The notes: generated by a model from the sequence alone, not told the origin. A stretch of 64,000 nt of DNA from Octopus sinensis (GCF_006345805.1 NC_043000.1:54560001-54624000); one strand, 5' to 3'; shown: positions 13,833-30,050, counted from the first letter of the stretch. Program-made: numbers and translations.

Positions 13833-14192
13833 TCTCTCTCTATATAAACGGCAGTTGTCATGTGCGTGTTTCTGTGTCTGTTGCTTGTACCCTCACCCGA
13901 CACGGCTTTCAACGATGATCTGATGAAACTTGACACACACATAGCCCAATGTCATAATCAAACTAACGCAGCGCAAAATTTTGATAAGTTCCCCAGTCTG
14001 AAAAAAATTCGACATGGGGCGAGAATCAGAAACACAAACCGCAAACTGTCTAGGGACGAACTCCACCTTTTTTTACTCTCAAAAAATTTACCATAAATTT
14101 TCCATTTTTTTGCTATGTTGGCTATAACTCTCTAAAAATGCTTTATAGTTATTTCCCTTACAAACCTGAGCAACGCCGGGCGATACTGCTAG
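13833..14192 (+). mobile_element. Non-autonomous Helitron-like element
   Basis: 5' TC(tctctc)tatataaa start; 3' GC-rich cctgagcaacgccggg stem followed by CTAG; inserted between A and T with no TSD. Confidence 0.65.
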
Positions 14193-15559
14193 TCTACATA
14201 TAAGTCCTGGTACAGTGGAAATTCAAGAGTTCTTTTAGTTTTCCCCAGTGTAAATAAAATTCGTAAATGCGTCTAGTTACTGGATCCTATTTAATTAAAC
14301 AATATTCTTGCATAAGATAACATTAGAAGATTTTCCAGGGTCGGTACTTTACTTTGTCGTATTAGAGAATATTGAAAGTCTACCTGAGTAAATGATGCGG
14401 TGTGGAGTTTTAAATTAACAACCATCGGACAACTTGCCTCTTTTAAATAAATGATTATATATCCTTTCACATTTTTAAAAGTTATATCATTCTATTTCAC
14501 GACTGGGAGAAAGCTGGAAAATACTTATTGATATAAAGAGAGGATGTATTTACAATTCTTAAAGTTTGGATATCCAACTGAAATTGTGCATGATTTTACA
14601 TATATATGAGATATATTGTCTCCATGATAAGCAACTGACCAAAATTTTGATTGACTGTGTTTCACCAAAAACAATTTTCGTGTGACAACTCAAAGGAACA
14701 CCAGTACCAAATTGTAATGACACCTTTAGAAATTATGAACCTTTCTGAAATCTTCCAATTAAAATGTAATCTAGCGCATACATACAAAAAGCCGGAATTG
14801 TATATAATACACGCGCACGCACACACATTGTATGCGTATTCTCATCTTCATTTCTATCTGTTTCAATGTACAAATTTTCACAAACACTTCAAAGTGCTCA
14901 GGTTTTCCATGAGAAAACATATGTAAGTGAAATGCGTTCCCCAAATCTTATAAATTAATATTGCATTGAAATTTTGTTGAAACGATCCAATGCTTATCCG
15001 ATTTAATTTTATGGAATGAAAGCGTAAATGCAAATTACGAAGTGAATTCATACACGCACACACACCACACCACATACACCTCAATACACACACACCACAC
15101 ACACACACACCACACACCACAAAACACACACAACACATACAGTCACGCACACAAGTACATATATAATCATTAATCATACACCTACATGTTCTGAACTAAT
15201 CTATATACATCCATTGCTTTAAGTTAAGTAAATGCACATACATATCACAAATGCTTGGAAACATACCAAGATTGGTCAAGAAACGGCGGTAGAGGGTAAA
15301 GACAAACCGCGCGCGAACACATGCACACCTATTTATATTTATGCTATTGGCTTCTTTCAGTTTTCAAAAAATCTGGAGGGTATAATAGAAAACTCTTGTA
15401 CAGGTTGCCACGCAGTGAGACTGAAATCGGAACCATGTGGATGGGAAGCAATTTCCATTCCACACAGACAAACCTGGACATATATATATGAGTGTGTGTG
15501 TGTGTGTGTGTGTGCGTGTGTGTGTGTGTGTGTGTACATTCATCATAATGACACATCAA

Positions 15560-16116
<557 letters not shown>

Positions 16117-16918
16117 GCTTATGATTAATATAATTTTAATTCTTTAGCTATATAGGCCTGCAAACACCTATATTAATATTACTGTTATCAAGTATTTAGA
16201 TTGCCTTCGATAATAATAGCAATATTAATATCTTATAAATATTCGCATCTGAATATTTTGCTGCTCTATATATACACACATACATACATGTATATATATA
16301 TATATATATAATATATATATATATGGTGTGTGTGTGTGTGGTGTGTGTGTGTGTATGTGTGTATGTATATATATATATAAATATATATATATGTATATAT
16401 GTATATATATATATAAATATATATATATGTATATATATATATGCAGACGAATATAAATTCATATATGTATGTATATGCCAACAAGTTATAGACGTTATTG
16501 ATACAGAGGGTGTAATCTATTACATGTGGAAATAGTTAGTCAGGCATAAGCATTACTAAAGAATAGAAATATTTGTTTTTATGTGTTTATATTATCAGAC
16601 ATGGAACTAAATTACAATCGGATTATAGGATGAAACTGCGAGAACAGATTTGTTTTAAGTAAAGTAGGTTTCAGGTAATGAGAATTATTTAACAGACACA
16701 GCATCTGTACATGTGGAAACGCACCCACCAGAGGTTCTGTTCGTAAACTTATATTATCTCAACATCTGCGGAATGACGTTGATATACGGCTAACTTCCTA
16801 TATGAAATGGGTGTGCAGTCCACACCTGTGACAGCCAAAATAAACAATTATTGTAATCATTTGTACATGTCTGCACATACATACGCAAGCATACACACAC
16901 ACCACACACACACACACA

Positions 16919-16958
<40 letters not shown>

Positions 16959-17029
16959 ACACACACACACATATATATATATATTTTGTACATACATTTG
17001 CATACATAGAGGCGTATAAAAGTATGTGT

Positions 17030-17240
17030 GCGCAGGCGCGTGGCTCACTTGTGAGGGCGTTGCACTCACTGTCGCTAGATGTTGGGTTCGATTCTCGGAT
17101 CGGATACCGTGTGCTTGCTTCATCAAGCAGTTCATTTTACATTGCTTCGTGATCATTGTGGCATCTGTACAGACAATGGCGTTTTCATGGAAAGATGAGC
17201 CAGTGTACAGGGCATACAGTTAATCACTGTAAACAAATCA
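17030..17240 (+). mobile_element. tRNA-derived SINE (CORE-like), degenerate
   Basis: gcgtggctcacttgtgaggg...gggttcgattctcgg head followed by a CORE-like gtgtgcttgcttcatcaagca segment. Confidence 0.55.
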
Positions 17241-17379
17241 GTCCTCATGCAGACAGTTTAACAAATACTGAACATTCATGCGCCGTCTTCCACGTGAGAT
17301 TCCATTACACACACACACACACACGCACACATACACATACGCACACACAAATGTTCACATATATAAACTGTCACGTGTC

Positions 17380-17663
17380 ATATACGACAACGAGGGTTCC
17401 AATTGATCCGATCTAGGGATCAACCTGCTCGCGAAATTAACGTATTTGTGTTTCAGCAATCCAGACACGCATACACTTAACGAAGTTCTCAGAGAGAATG
17501 AGACAATACTGGACCTTTAAAATACGGGTACTACTCATATTTGAGTGAACTGGAGGAACGTGAAATACAGTGTCTTAATGAAGGACACATCGCCCCACCT
17601 GGAATCGAATTCGTGACCTTATGTTCGTGAGCCGAATAGCGTACCCACTAAGCCACGCGCGAT
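17380..17663 (-). mobile_element. tRNA-derived SINE (CORE-like)
   Basis: Minus strand gcgtggcttagtgg...gaattcgattccagg...gtgtccttcattaagacac. Confidence 0.65.
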
Positions 17664-17969
17664 CATCACATACATACATATCTTATTGAGTTTTATTTCA
17701 GGATTATGTATGTATTTGTGTCCTAAAATGTGAGATTCTCCACTTGTTTCGATGATGTACACTGATCTGTTTAATTATCTTTATTCCCGACGCGAATGTG
17801 TAAGTACACACGCGGACACACATACATACTCGCTTTCACGTATGTAACAATGCATTTTTGTATATATGCCTATAAATGACAGGGTGAATAAATTAAAGAA
17901 ATTTTAACCCAACACATGGTAGAAGTTACATATATTACATGTAGCTTTATACATATATATATATATATA

Positions 17970-18016
<47 letters not shown>

Positions 18017-18124
18017 TGTGTGTGTGTGTGTATGTGTATGTGTGTGTGTGTATTGGATGTTTTGTTGTTCCATTTTCGTATCACCTCACTGTCCGGATTT
18101 TTTGCATTCTTGTCCCATTTTCTA

Positions 18125-18167
<43 letters not shown>

Positions 18168-19348
18168 GTACACTTTGGTCATTTATATGTAAGTACACAT
18201 TTTTCTAAATCTTGTACAAGTCTACTTCTGTCTATCAGCCCCTTCACGCTTATTCGTTCATTCCACTCTTCGTTATTTCGTTCCCCCTCTCCCATTTCTT
18301 TGCCTTCTCTTCTTACTCACTTTCCCTCCACTTTTCACTTCACAGTGTCCATGTCATTTTCCCCGCCCCTCTTTAATCCTTCTGTCCCTCTGCTTCTACG
18401 TCTCTCTCTCTTCTCTTCTCACGTGACCAGCGTTCGGCTAATCCTGTCCTTTCTTTCTTGGTCTGGCCGTTGTCCGTGCAACATCGATATTCCGCATATA
18501 TATATATATATGTGTGTATATGTGTGCGTGTGTATGTGTGTGTGTGTGCGCGTACAACTGACTAAAATTTAACAAATTTCAGTTAAACTTTGTATTATAA
18601 CGCTATGAACTACATGAACAAGTTTCGCCATTGTGGTTTCTTGGAACCTTGTAATAGGTCTTCATAGAACACTGCACTTACAGAGAACACTACAGCTTTT
18701 TACACCGAACTATGTCAATGTACGCAGTGCCCTAAATATAACAGCAGCACCCGTACATCTACATCTGCAGATAAGATATTTTATATACATATATGCATGC
18801 ATAGATGCATCCATCTACACATACATATATAATACATCTAAATAGATGCTAGATATAGATAAATAGGCGCTCACATATAGCTAAAATGCATGTAAAATAC
18901 TTTCTCTCCCACCTCTCCCTCTCTTATTCTCTTTGTGTGTATGTATATATATATATATATATATGGGGGGGTGTATGCATACACATATTATATATCATAT
19001 TGTATTTTATATATATTACGTAATATGCCTTATATATATAATTCATATCCACATACATATATACATACATACACACATACACTTGTGTGCGTATATGTGT
19101 GTGTAAAATATATGTAAATGAAAACTTCAAAAAAATTTCCCTTAGAATGGTAGAACGTTTTTGCGTGAAGTTTCATCAAATTTTCAATAACTGAAATGGC
19201 GTATCGCTACAATTGTTGCGATATCTAGTAAAAATGAAATATAACAGCATCATATCGATTTCTAGACAGAACGTTATACTCACACATATGTATATATATA
19301 TTATATATATATATATATATTATATATATATATATATATTTATATGTA

Positions 19349-19393
<45 letters not shown>

Positions 19394-19431
19394 ACGTGTT
19401 TGTATATTGTATATGTGTATATATATGTGTG

Positions 19432-19542
<111 letters not shown>

Positions 19543-20199
19543 GGAATTTCATTCGTAATGTGTAGGCGAATGGAATATATGGTGTATATTATTTTAAAAT
19601 AAATCGTTGCTGACAAGATAATAATATTTCAAACTTGTTTCTTTTCCCATATCATGGAATGCTATCTTTATATGCACGCATGCTTGTTCCACGTCATATG
19701 CTCCCTTAGTGAACATATATTTTTCAAATTATTGATAATGCGAGGGAAAAGAAGAAAAAAAAATTCCGATTAAAGTATTGTTTCTCTATCTTCATAGACT
19801 GGAAGATGAAGTACACTGAGGATGTGATCGTTCCTTTTGAGAAAAGTGATACAGAAAAGATTACGTTTATTTTAGAAAAAATAACATGTGAAAGAATCTT
19901 AATTGTTTACACGTCGTGGTCTTACTGGTAGATGCATATATATCGGTGTGGAGAAAGAAACAGAACTATACTGCTGCAAGTGATGGAATCGCTTCTAGGC
20001 TTATCCTTCTTTTGTTTTCTATGGAAAATTGTTACTTTCTTTTTTCAACGTATTCAAAGGGCAAAGTTCTTATTACATAAAATTATTTTATTATTATAGT
20101 TTATTATTATCATACTAGACATGTATGATATCATCACATCCAGTTTTGAAATCTTCAGCATGACATAGCTTGAGATACTCTTTTACTCTTTTACTTTTT

Positions 20200-21030
20200 T
20201 GCTTGTTTCAGTAATTTGACTGTGACCATGCTGGAGCACCACCTTTAGTAGAACATATCGACCCCGGGTCTTATTCTTTGCAAGCCTAGTATTTATTCTA
20301 TCCACCCTTTTGCCGAACTGCTAAGTTACGGGGACGTAAACACACCAGCATCTGCTGTCAAGCGATGTTGGTGGGGGACAAACACAGACACACAAACGTA
20401 TACACACACATACATATAAATATATACATATATACGACGGGCTTCTTCCAGTTTCCATCTACCAAATCCACTCACAAGTCTTTGGTCGGCTGAGGCTATA
20501 GTAGAAGACACTTGCACAAGTTGCCACGCAGTGGGACTGAACCGGGGACCATGTGGTTTGTAAGCAAGTTACCTACCACACAGCCACTCCTACGCCTATA
20601 TTCAAATTATTTTATTATGTTACTTATTTTTCCTGATAAATACTTCGAATAATTCACTTGATTTCAGATGTGAGAAGCTCTCATATTTCTGCCTATTTAT
20701 CTTTTATTTTTTCAGTGTTTCATTCATTTGATTGGGTCCATGTTGCGGCACTGGCTGAAGAATTTTAGTCGAGTAAATCGACACTTGTACTTATTTGTAA
20801 AGCCTAGTATTTAGACCATAACGTGCTGAATCACTATGTTACAGGGATGTAAATACACCAATACCGGTTCTAAAGGTATGGTGGGAGATCAACTCAAGCA
20901 CAGTGACTCACACATGCGCGCTGCAAGCGCACACATGTACATATATGGTTGGCACGAAGCTATAGCAGAAGATACTTGCCACGCAGAGGCAATGAACTTG
21001 GAACCGTGTGGTTGGGAAGCAAACTTCTTT
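20200..21030 (-). mobile_element. Two tandem CORE-like SINE copies with (TG)n linker and ...actgaaacaag.aaaa tail
   Basis: Minus strand ggttcagtcccactgcgtggcaacttgtgcaagtgtcttctactatagcc...; a second decayed copy at ~20715-21030. Further family fragments at 15345-15470 (-), 49885-50042 (+) and 55690-55912 (+). Confidence 0.75.
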
Positions 21031-21447
21031 GTACACAACTTTATATATTTTGACCATTCCGTGTGTCTATGTAAAACTGTCAAGTGTGTGGGATTTGCTT
21101 AATTCCATATGCTTTTCAAGGCTTAATACTCCACTTATACTCTTGATGTCACACTCTCATTTGTTGTTCTGATGATATTCTGTTTTCTGCAGAAGTTTAT
21201 TTCAAGTATTCTAAGTAGAAAAGTAGAAAATATGTGACATGTTCCTGCACAGTTTTAAAGGTTGTTAAGTTATAGTAATTCAAGACGATATCTTTCGATC
21301 GCTAAATTTAAACGCCTTCATGAATGATGACGAATCATTTCACAAAGATTTCTCTCTCTATATATATATATACATACACATAGACACACAGATGGAGACA
21401 CATAGATAGGTAGATAGACAAACAGACAGACCGATAGAGATAGATAA

Positions 21448-21504
<57 letters not shown>

Positions 21505-21517
21505 GAGAGAGATAGAG

Positions 21518-21615
<98 letters not shown>

Positions 21616-23089
21616 TGTATGATATTGATACAGTAACTGCAAGAGTATCGAGTGTTAAGAATTGAATGAGATACTATTCATTAAGACACTCAAACAACAT
21701 TTCATTGTCTAAAAGAAAAGCGATAACATAATATTCTACTGGTGCTGCTATTACCGAAAACTGTCAGAAAATATTATTGCCATTATTATATTTGAACACA
21801 CATAGGTTTACATAATCCTTCACATTTTACACACACAAATGAATCCATTTATCTAAGCACTCATACATAATGAGAAATAAAAGAAACAAAAGAGTGAATA
21901 ATTGAGATAGTAAAATGATAAAATATAGGAAAATGAAGAAGGAAAAGAGGGTGAGCGATAGAGTGAAAGGAGGAGTAGAGGGAGAGGGAGAGAGCTTGGT
22001 ATAGAATGAGAGGAATATACAGAAAATAAGTGGGAAAACTGCCTATTTAATCTAGTGCAGTTTTATGGAAATTTATAGAGGAATCATTGTCAAAGAAATA
22101 TCAACAACAGCGATCACATAATCTCTCGTATTTACCGAAGTATTGAATATAATCATAATAAACCCTAATTTATCAGATATCTCCACATAAGCGAAACATA
22201 AAAACTATTTTAAAATTATGACATTTAACAATAATTCACGTTATCTTCTCTTTTATTGTTTGTGATTGCACTATAAAATTCTAGGTGGTATAATATTTCC
22301 ATTGTGGAATTAGATGTGTTATTGTATTTTCTAAATATGCTGCAAGTATCAAAATCAATCTTGTTTTTCTCATGAGAAATCAGATATCTTTCCTTGAAGG
22401 CGAGTAAATTAGTTTTTGGTTCCGTTTTGTTTTTTGCAATCTTTTCTTTACATATGCTAAAATGACGGATAACATCTTTAGGAAATAGTAATTTTTATTC
22501 TTAAATAAATATCGGTTCGCAACTGGAATTAGTTCATATCGCGGAACCAATTATAATAACACTTTATTAGTTTTATATATATATATATATATATAAATCT
22601 TATTTAAATTTAACCAAAGAAGTTAATATTAAAAAAAAGTGTGTGCATATTTAAAGAGTCACAGCTATGAATTACAAATGTTGCCTATAACCAATACCAA
22701 CATCTCAATCATATTCTTTAACACTTCGTTCAGGCACCAGTAGTCATTCTTATTTTACTCACACGCACACTCATACACACACACAATTATATATACACAT
22801 GCATGCATAAAGCCACAATTCGTAAACTATACTGTACAAAAACATGGTTGGTTACAAGATTCAATCCAACTAATGATTAATTCACAAAATATGTATCTGG
22901 TGTAGAGGCGCCGGAGTAGGAGGAAACTTGGTGACCCCCAAGTACAAATCATATGTATGTGTGGGTGTATGTATGTATTTACGTACGCACGTATATATGT
23001 TTGTATGCATTTACGTATGTATGCATGAATCTATGTATCCATGCATCTGTGTATACGTACGTGGGTTCAACTGAAAGTACCACAGCAGG

Positions 23090-23960
23090 GAAAAGCATTT
23101 TTTACAAGCAGACGTAAGTCTTTTAAACTATATATGTTCCTAGAATATACTTCCTCTGCTGTCATAGAGTTCTTGACGAAAGGACAGTGCATTTAGTTCA
23201 ACATCAATAAAAAATTTATAAACTGTTTTCAGAGATGACACCAATGACAAGTGAAATTTGCAGATTTATGAAGCAGATTTAAGAAGGGCAAATCAGCAGT
23301 GTAGAAACGCCATGAGACGGAAGACATTAAAATATATCCACTGACAGTAATCGCCATCAAGTGGAGAAAATGGTTTCCACTGACAACTGAGTTATAATCC
23401 GTGAGGCATGCAACACACATGGTCTATGATCACAACGAGTTATAAGAAATGATAGAAGACTTTGTGTATGGAAAAGTATGTGCAAATGTGTTCCTTGATA
23501 TTTGACAAGCAATATAACAGAGGAAAGTGTGGTTGTCTACACTGATATGCAGGAAGCATTTGAAGCCAATGAAGATACTTTAATTCCGATCTGGTGCCAG
23601 AAAATGAAGCTTGGTTATATAATCCCTTAAGTAAACGAAGTTTTCGTCGATGGCATAGTCACACATCACAACGTCAATTTCCTAGATCAAGCGCCAGTGA
23701 CAGGCACCCGAAGTCACTGTTTTTAATTTCATGGTGGAGTGACACGGGCATCAATATATATAGTCCTCTGGAACCTGGTTTTATACTTCAATGCGTGTGG
23801 TATGATAAATGTCCAAAAAGCCATTAGAAAGAAAAAAACTGAACAACAATTTTTGAAGTATTTCACAGCCGGTATGGTAATGCAAAATCCCACGTATATT
23901 TGGCAACGAACTAATCAATCGAAAATTTGGACTCTTGTGATTTCCTACCAAACAAATTTG
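23090..23960 (+). mobile_element. Mariner transposase remnant
   Basis: Fragments YGKVCA, L.PENEAWLYNPLSKRS..RWHS and KAIRKK align to mariner WVP..L / DETW..Y.PE.KR regions; many stops. Confidence 0.6.
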
Positions 23961-24241
23961 ACATGATTGCTGTATTGAAGAACAGTTTTCAGAAAAAGAA
24001 AATGACACAACTCAAAAGTAGCAGTGGTTAAAGTGGTACACCAGTGAGCTTTTGAAGTGTTTCAGAGAGGAGCCGACTGATGTGTTCAATGATGGTTCAA
24101 ATGCATCTCCTGTGATAGAAGTTGAGCGAATAGTACCTCCGCATAAGAGAACATTTATTTAACTACGTATTTTCAACTATAATATCAGTTAATAAAGAAA
24201 TCAGCACCAAATTTCCATCACCTTCAATAAAACATCTTTAT

Positions 24242-24272
<31 letters not shown>

Positions 24273-24294
24273 AGATACTCTCGTGGAATGGTAT

Positions 24295-25480
24295 GAAAAA
24301 AGGTTTATTTTTTAACACCTCGCGATCCATGCATTCTTCCATCGGTTTTAGAGTGATCGGATCTCATTGGTGGAAAAGCATTTATCCTATTACAAAATCA
24401 AGGTCATCATCACGACTACCCAGCCAAGAATTTCCTGATGTTGGGGAACAGACAATTATCAGTTGGAGCCAAATCATGAGAATTGGAAGGGTGATCAACC
24501 AGTTCAGAATCACAGTTACACAGGGCAGCCATTGATACCAAGCCATTGAAACATGTATTGGAACATTGTCCTCAAGATACAAGACCACTTTCGTCAGTTT
24601 TCTTAAGCGTTTCGGTCATAACATTTCGTATCTGCCTCAGCAAATTGGTATAGTATTCTGCGTTGATGGTATGTTCTTTTAAAGATATTCAACAAACACA
24701 ATTCCTTTTGCATCCCCAAAACCGAGGCCATCAGCTTCAAGGCAGAAGAAACCAACTTGGCCTTCTTTGGAGCCAGTGAGGCGGAGTGATTGCGCTACAT
24801 AGATTATCTTCTTGCATTTGGTTCAAAGTGATGAACCCAACACTCATCCTGGCTTAGGAACCCAGCTGTATGAAACTCACCCAAAGTCAGATTTTCCAGC
24901 GATGTAATCAGCTTCATGTGCTTTTGATCAGCTGTCAGACAACGAAGCACCCATCAAGCAAAAATTTTCGTTACACCACATTCATGTTATGAAATATTCT
25001 GAAATCTCTCATAGGATATTCTAATTACATTGGATAGTAGATTTATAGTCAATCATCTGTCATGATTGAGCATATGGTGAACCCAATGAATGTTTTCCTC
25101 GGGGGTGGCAGCTGCAAGACATCCAAACCTTGGGTCATCTTGAAGACTGTACGTTTTTCTCCTAAATAGGGTTTCTCACTTTTTCACTGGTGATCAAGCT
25201 GGTGGAGTGCCTATTGCAGGAACCACATCAGCATGAATGTCCTTGGGCGTTAAACCTCCTTCTTCAGATACTTGTCAAAAATAGGAGGATACATTGTTCC
25301 ATCTACCACAGAAGTTGCTTCTAGTTACATTTGAATTCTTTCTTAAGCAGCCAGATATCAGTTTACATGGGGAAAACAATGCAGTTATTAATAAGTGTTG
25401 AAATTAATGGATGAAAGATTCCATCCGTCAAGCATCTTTGCTTCATAGTCAGGCTATGAACGTCTTAGCCTATCCTCCTA
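24295..25480 (-). mobile_element. Mariner (DD34D) transposase remnant
   Basis: Minus strand KGIVFVEY, VLYLEDNVPIH and HPSNSHDLAPTDNCLFPNI (HPPYSPDLAPSD motif); TIR-like end at ~25450-25480. Confidence 0.8.
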
Positions 25481-26384
25481 TATACACGACTATATATATT
25501 ATACACATATGCATAGATGTACGATATGTAATATATGATATTTGATATATATGATATGTATATATATATATATATGTACGTATATACATCTATGTACATA
25601 TCTTTACCTGAATACATACATGCATACACACATGCATGCATACATATATATATATATGTGTCTACGAATGATACTAATTAGTTTTCACTTTCCTGCCAGA
25701 CGTTTTCACGTATCTTCAATATACTGAAGTGTTATACACAGTTACAATAATGTGTGTGTGTGTATGTGTGTGCGTGTATGTACGTGTGTGTGTATGTGTG
25801 TGTGTGTGTCTGTGTGTGTGTGTGTCTGTCTGTGTGTGTGTGTGTGTATGTGCGTGTGTGTGTATAGACTTCAAAGTAAAATTGTGTAGCGAATATATAT
25901 ATATATGTCAATTAAATTCCACTATAGATGGATTTTCACATTTAAAAAAAATTTAGCATATATTCGAGTACTTTCATGGTGAGCTTTTTTATATGATAAC
26001 AGTTAATGTTAGATATTCGAGTAAATATTTATGCAGTAATTGTATGTATGTGAGGTCTTTAAAAATATTAATATTTTTTCTCCGTTTTGATTATACCCAG
26101 TAATTGCGTCTTTGTTGAATAGTTCAAGGAAGATAACTCTTACATTATGACATCAATAAAGGCTTACTAACTATTTTACATTTTGAAATGAAACGCAATG
26201 TAAATAAAAACTACATTAAAATCATATTTAAAAGAATGTTACTATCCATTTGTGTATAGTTAGATCTCAATAAAACTATTTTTGTATCTTTTTCCCTTAG
26301 CAATTAACACTATGTTGTTGTAAAGGAATATTTCCGAGAATGCCGAACAGTGAAATTGAATGTAGAATCAAGTAGTTGCAATAG

Positions 26385-26389
26385 ATCTA

Positions 26390-26459
<70 letters not shown>

Positions 26460-26460
26460 A

Positions 26461-26504
<44 letters not shown>

Positions 26505-26925
26505 CGCTCAGTTTAAGTCGACTCTCGGTTACTCGTTGCATCAGTGTCCTCCAGTCAGGTCTATCCTGGGCCGCTTCTTTCAGACTGGCTATGTCCATTC
26601 CGGTATCACTCATGATGGTGTCAAGCCAGCGGGTTCTTGGTCGGCTTCTTCCACTCTTGCCACTGACCATTTCGAGCATGATGTCCTTCTCCAGGGATTT
26701 TCTCCGCATAATATGACCGAAATATGTCAATCTATGCATGGTGATCATAGCTTCTAGCGATATTTTCGGCCTCATCTGCTTAAGAACTTCTCCATTGGTG
26801 AGCCTCGGTGTCCATGGGATCCGTGAAAGTCTTCTCCAACACCAAAGCTCGAATGCATTAATTCTCTTCTGGTCAGCTTTCTTTAGTGTCCAGGTCTCGC
26901 ATCCATATGTTGCTATTGCAATAGA
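26385..26925 (-). mobile_element. RTE (BovB-like) LINE, 5'-truncated, with (GATA)n tail
   Basis: YGCETWTLKKADQKRINAFELWCWRR...YFGHIMRR..LEKDIML..VSGK..R.RPRTRWLD; coding to 26500, tail 26385-26502. Confidence 0.92.
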
Positions 26926-27191
26926 TAAAGGTTAATAATAGATAGTATGGTGGTAATAATATTTATAATATTCTTGCAGTGAAACATTACTTGGTAAAAC
27001 AAACTAGCTCTTAACATTACGAGCAAATCTTTAATTTGCTACTTTATCCTCTAATATCACCATTGTTATGGGTGCGATATTATTCCTCAAAGATAGCTCA
27101 AAAGATAATCAAAGATAAGCAAAGTAAACGAGGCTTTTATCTTTTTATCTGTCTGTCTATCTATCTATATGTCTATACGCACAAATATATA

Positions 27192-27238
<47 letters not shown>

Positions 27239-27761
27239 ATATATATATACAGATATACATATACATACATGCACATACACACAGATAGGTACACACACAC
27301 ACATATATATATATATACATGTATAAATATATGTGTGCAAATGTGCATATATAGATAGATAGATAGTTTTATATATATATATATACTCAAAAATCCTCAT
27401 CTTTGTCTCTATATCTACCTTCTCTATAATGTCTCCTCTTGATATGAAAATTTTTATATTAATGGAAAACCTCTATAATTGGTTGATGAGTGCTCAGCAT
27501 TTTAAAACTGTTCTAATACTCACAACATTTAATAAAATGATGTAGTACGAAACGATCGTACCAAATTACCGGAGTCATTCTTGTTGCTTATTTTGATTAT
27601 AATCACCCCACGGATTTGTATGGATAACACCATACAGAATTCATTTGAATCTAAATTTTTGCTGAACTGTGTGTGTGTGTGTGTATACTTATGTGTGTGT
27701 ATGTGCATGTATGTATGTATATGTGTATATAAGTTTGTGTGTGTATATACATATAGATAGA

Positions 27762-27793
<32 letters not shown>

Positions 27794-28789
27794 TAGACAG
27801 ATAAAAAGATATAGACATTTTCGTGATCTGTAATGCGGCTCAGCTACGTTCAATATATATATACATATTCAAATATACATACATATATGTACATACTTAC
27901 ATATATATGTATATATACATGCATATATGGATACAGGGCGTCATAAAATGTAAACAGCAGGAAATACGAAATGAGAAAACATGAAATACGAAGACAAGGT
28001 TTTGTATTCGAGCAACGAAAGAATCAGAGAGAAACAAAACAAATAGCATAAAGAACGTCCCTCCATCACTTGACGGCTGTTTATCTACTCCACATTTCGA
28101 GCAATTCACGACAATATGTGCCTTTGACAGAACAGTTGCTCCCGCGAACCAAGATAAAGATTGAGATTTGGAGAGGGTCAATGCTGATAACAAAAACAGG
28201 ACAGTGAAAACAAACAGTGACGGCCGCTAAGCCATACGAGGTAAGGTGGCGAATGCTGGAGGAACAATCTTTGACAGGAGTAAAGATAGGAGAGGTGAAA
28301 GACAAGAATGCGTCTTATCTGTTACACAGACCAAAAGAAAAGAAGAAAATCATGTGGGGAAAAGAAAAATGGACGATGGTCACGCGTGAGCAAGGAGAGA
28401 GGAAAGGAGGAATAGGGAGAGAGAAGGACAGATAGAAAACGGTGAAGAGAAGAAAAAGAATTATAGAAATAATGAGAGTGTTAAAAGGAAAGGCCGAGAA
28501 GTGGGGAAATGAATTAGAGAAAAGTAGAGAGAGAAAACAAAGGGGTGGGAGATGTAACATTACAGGAGAGACGCATCAATATTAAGATAAACTTACCTGT
28601 AAATGGATGCGTGGCATTCAATCCTATAACAATATAAATAATGTTTATATATATATGTATATATGCATATACGTACATACATATATATATACACACACAT
28701 ACACGTATATATACAATATTTATATTCTCACCAAGGCTGAACACGTTTCAAAACCGGATATTCCAATATATTCAAAGAGACAATCATTA

Positions 28790-30050
28790 TGACAGGAGAA
28801 ACTATCCCGGACATGAACAGGCTTTATCCGGATATACAATGGTTAACATTTATTCCAGAAAACTGGAAGGTAACGGATTATATGACTACAGATTTAGGAA
28901 CACAACCAAAAAGCCAAATGCCACAAAAATCATTGTTAAACCATGGAAGATTTCAAGTCACCCGCTGGTCCAAGATACAGGTATGAAACCTAAAACAATA
29001 AATCTTTCCAACTTAAAACACTCAAAAGTACAAATCTAAAGCCTTTCAAATAGTCTAAAATTAACCACGTCACCACAGTATACTAGGCTTATTGATGTGC
29101 AAGATGACATCTGAAATTCATTTGAAAAATTAAGAGTAACTATACGTTTCGATAAAATATATACACTGATCAATCCATTGAGCAAAGCAAGGGTAATTAC
29201 AACCCAACAAAAGAGAGAAAGAAAAGACTAGACGAATTTTGTGAGCTTATAGTCACCTTCCTTTACAATGAACTTCCACTTTCTAAACCGAAGTCCAAAA
29301 CTAGTCGGTTATCATGGAAAGCTCTATATGACCTACAAACAATAACATGAAGTTTATAAGGGAAGTGTTGTAGTTATGAATATAGAACAATACAAAAATG
29401 CCGCATTAACTCTTCAACAAGCCACCAATAAACAGTTCACCATGGAATTTAGCCATAACCATCTATCACTCTTAGACAACTTGATTAATAATGACAAGAG
29501 CATAGAAATCGATATCTACTATCAACGAACGGACTCTGAAGAGTACTTACCTCTTCCTCATGCCACCCAACGCATGCCAAATCTAATACTCAATTTAACC
29601 TAGTAAACAGAATTTAAGCAATTGTCGCAAATCTTCTTATTCAAATCTCCTTGAATTAAAACAGTCACTACTTCGAAGAAAGTACCCACGTACCCCAATA
29701 AAGAATGGAATATAACGTGCCAAATCAATATACATTAAAGAAATACGAAAAACCAAAATTAGTTCAGGTGCACAAAAAATTCCATCGTTAATTACATCAC
29801 CCAACTCAAGAAACATAGAGACACTCATCCTTATCAATCAGAATATACCATATTGAGCCAAGATTCGCGAATGAAAAGAAACACTTGAATCATATATGCA
29901 AATGATAACCAAACATCCCAACATAACTACTTACCAAGGCAAAATTGCCAACTACAGACTCAATACTAACAGCTAAAAAGTGGGGTCGATCCAATTGTGG
30001 AACTTATGAAAACATTGGTGAGGACACAACTTATAAGTTTAAACCAGGGC
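28790..30050 (+). mobile_element. Penelope-like element, internally deleted and decayed
   Basis: KGSVVVMN..QY, FTME...HLSLLD, IDIYYQRTDSEEYLP and RFEELKQSLLRRKYP, all PLE RT motifs. Confidence 0.7.

Noticed and set aside
19798-19931. Plus-strand candidate exon after a good acceptor (DWKMKYTEDVIVPFEKSD...)
   Set aside because: No convincing donor, no recognisable family and no partner exons.
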